Below the pieces are notes generated by a model. It had not been told where the DNA came from. It did not search any database and saw nothing but the letters and a program-made list of their open reading frames with translations. From an uncultured Gemmatimonadales bacterium (lineage in GTDB: Bacteria > Gemmatimonadota > Gemmatimonadetes > Palauibacterales > Palauibacteraceae), in the NCBI GenBank assembly GCA_963783385.1, contig CAWANJ010000007.1, positions 160,001 through 224,000 on the forward strand: 64,000 bases of DNA. Reading direction: 5' to 3'. The position numbers were made by a program, and so were the translations under genes. This document shows, piece after piece, positions 61,974-64,000 of the stretch. Every line of letters begins with the position of its first letter. Position 1 is the first letter of the stretch.

Positions 61974-63061
61974 AGGTCGGCCGCGGCCGTGAGCGAGAGG
62001 ATCTTGGGCAGGTAGCGGGCCGTCTCGCTCCACCGCCGTCCGTCGCGGCTGGTGAACAGCTGGCCGGTCGAGGTCCCGAAGTGCACGCCGCAGGGCTCCT
62101 CCCCGTCCGTGCACAGCGCCTCGCGCAGCACCGACACGTAGGCGTGCTCCTGGGGGAGCCCTGCCTCCCGCGCCGTCCATCGCCCGCCCGCGTCCTCCGT
62201 CTCGTACACGCGCAGCCGCCCGTCGCACACCGAGCGCATGTGGCTGCTCTCCTCGGGAATCACCCAGGCCCGGTCCGGGTCTCGCGGGTCGAGGCCGACC
62301 ACGTAGCCGAAGTCGCTGGGGAGCTCCCCGGTGATCTCGGTCCACGTGCCGCCCCGGTCGTCCGACCGGTAGGTGCCGCAGTGATTCTGCTGGTAGAGGC
62401 GATCGGGATGCGCCGGATGGAGCCGGAGGGCGTGCACGCACTGGCCGGCCACGGGAGGCGGCCCGGGCAGGAACTCGCTGCGCACGCCACCGTTGATGGC
62501 GGTCCAGGTCGCGCCGCCGTCGTCGGTCCGGTAGCAGCCACCCGCCGACAGGGCCACGTACACGCGCTGCGGCCGCTCCGGGTCGACCTGGATGGAGTGC
62601 AGGGCCAGCCCGCCCCGGGCCGGCTGCCACACGTCCCGGGTGGGGTGCCGGTCGAGGGAGCGGACCCAGTCCCAGGTGGCGCCGCCGTCCGTGCTCGTGA
62701 ACAGGCCGGCCGGCTGGGTGCCGGCCCACAGGCGATCGGGCTCCTCGGGGCCGCCGGGAGACAGGCTCCACACGGCTTTCACCGCGCGGTCGGCCTCCTC
62801 GGGGAAGGCGGGCCGTCCCGGCAGGGCCTCCCAGCTCCGCCCGCCGTCGCGCGTGACGTGGATGTGCGCCCCCCATACCGGGTGTCGGACGGCGGCCCAG
62901 CCGCGCCGTGGGTCGCGCGGGTCCAGAAGGGCGTGGTAGACCTCGAACCCGGCCAGGCACGGGCCTTCCAGCCGCCAGTCCCGCCGCCCCGGGCTCGAGA
63001 CCACCCGGAACAGCCCGCGGTGGGTCCCGACGAGCAGGACCACGGATCGGTCCGCGCTCAC
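61970..63061 (-). CDS. BNR/Asp-box repeat beta-propeller protein (sialidase-like)
   Basis: Repeated (S/T)xDGGxTW motifs, LYQQNHCG, LPSDFG; GTGA overlap with the moeA stop. Confidence 0.85.
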   Translation of the reverse strand: MSADRSVVLLVGTHRGLFRVVSSPGRRDWRLEGPCLAGFEVYHALLDPRDPRRGWAAVRHPVWGAHIHVTRDGGRSWEALPGRPAFPEEADRAVKAVWSLSPGGPEEPDRLWAGTQPAGLFTSTDGGATWDWVRSLDRHPTRDVWQPARGGLALHSIQVDPERPQRVYVALSAGGCYRTDDGGATWTAINGGVRSEFLPGPPPVAGQCVHALRLHPAHPDRLYQQNHCGTYRSDDRGGTWTEITGELPSDFGYVVGLDPRDPDRAWVIPEESSHMRSVCDGRLRVYETEDAGGRWTAREAGLPQEHAYVSVLREALCTDGEEPCGVHFGTSTGQLFTSRDGRRWSETARYLPKILSLTAAADL

Positions 63062-64000
63062 GCCGCTCCGGAGGCAAGCCGGGGCGCCCACGGATCGAGC
63101 GGGATGACCTCGACCCCTTCGCCCTCCTCGAGCGTCCCCGTCCCCTCGGGCATGACGAGCAGCGCATCGGCCCGGGCCATGGACGTCAGGAGTCCCGAAC
63201 CCTGCGGCCCCGTGAGCCTGGCCAGGGGAGGCTCCCCCGGGCGCTCGTCGAGCCGCACCCGGAAGAAGTAGGTCAGGTCCGGGCTCCCGCGGGCCGCCTC
63301 GCCGAGCACGGCCCGGCGCCGGCGCCGCTCGAGGCGTGCGTGCCCCGCCATGCGGCGGAGGGCGGGACGCACCAGGACCTCGAAGGTGACCAGGGCCGAG
63401 ACCGGGTTCCCGGGAAGCCCGAACACCGGACGGGCGCCCGGGAGGAGCCCGAACGCGAACGGGCTCCCCGGCCGGATCCGCACGCGCCACAACACCCTCA
63501 CCATGCCCATGTCCGCCAGCACCTGCCGCACGAGGTCGCGCTCTCCGACACTCACGCCCGCCGTGGTCACCAGGACGTCGCAGTCCGCGGCGGTCTCCAG
63601 CCGGGCCCGGATCGCCTCCGGCTCGTCTCGAGCGATGCCCAGCGGCACCGGGATGGCCCCGGCGGAGGCCACCTGCGCGGCCAGCGCCGGCCCATTGGAG
63701 TTGGCGATCTTGCGTCCGGCCCGCACCTCGTCGAACGCATCGGGATCGGCCAGCTCGTCGCCCGTGGCCAGGATGCCCACGCGGGGAGCGCGTCCGACCT
63801 CGACCTCCATGCGTCCCACGGTGGCCAGGACCCCGACCGCGCCCGAGCTCACTTCCTGGCCCCGCTCCAGCACGGTCTGGCCGCGCCGGAAGTCCTCTCC
63901 CGCGAGGCGAATGTTGCGGTCGGCGTCGTCGGCGCGCCGGATGGTCACCCGGCCTCCCCGCCCCCCGTCGGTGTGCTCCACGCGGATCACGCCCGTGGCG
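63058..64000 (-). CDS. moeA: Molybdopterin molybdotransferase MoeA (5' part outside window)
   Basis: NIRLAGED, ATGDEL, NSNGP, TTAGVSVG, RPGSP, GLPGNPVS, QGSG.LTSM. Confidence 0.93.
   Translation of the reverse strand, partial: ATGVIRVEHTDGGRGGRVTIRRADDADRNIRLAGEDFRRGQTVLERGQEVSSGAVGVLATVGRMEVEVGRAPRVGILATGDELADPDAFDEVRAGRKIANSNGPALAAQVASAGAIPVPLGIARDEPEAIRARLETAADCDVLVTTAGVSVGERDLVRQVLADMGMVRVLWRVRIRPGSPFAFGLLPGARPVFGLPGNPVSALVTFEVLVRPALRRMAGHARLERRRRRAVLGEAARGSPDLTYFFRVRLDERPGEPPLARLTGPQGSGLLTSMARADALLVMPEGTGTLEEGEGVEVIPLDPWAPRLASGAA

Overview
Very GC-rich bacterial chromosomal window. The gene repertoire (PadR/ADOP permease, ECF sigma plus Ser/Thr kinase, lipoproteins, TolC, outer-membrane barrel) suggests a diderm, probably Gemmatimonadota; this is inference. 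In order it carries: an RND permease (5'-truncated by the window edge); an Mre11/Rad50-like (YhaO/YhaN) pair; an AhpD/CMD-like gene split by an in-frame UGA at a CxxU motif and followed by a SECIS-like hairpin (likely selenoprotein); a patatin; an ECF-led TolC/MacA/MacB-permease operon; nfo; etfBA; a ~10 kb block with six frameshift or deletion lesions; a form I aerobic CO dehydrogenase cluster (coxG, coxMSL with AYRCSFR, XdhC-YHS, coxD, coxE) facing a form II coxSLM-like cluster; Moco/MCD maturation and molybdate/tungstate uptake genes; a five-gene module of DUF4382 lipoprotein, ECF sigma, CBM48 anti-sigma, CBM48 beta-barrel and a secreted helical protein, with a repeated candidate promoter; PBP1B with an LpoP-like TPR lipoprotein; fabH; a BNR-repeat protein; and partial moeA. 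I saw no rRNA, tRNA, CRISPR array or IS element. The best candidates for new biology are the double-CBM48 trans-envelope ECF module and the recoded Sec-AhpD gene. All product calls come from motif recognition by eye, with no database searches.
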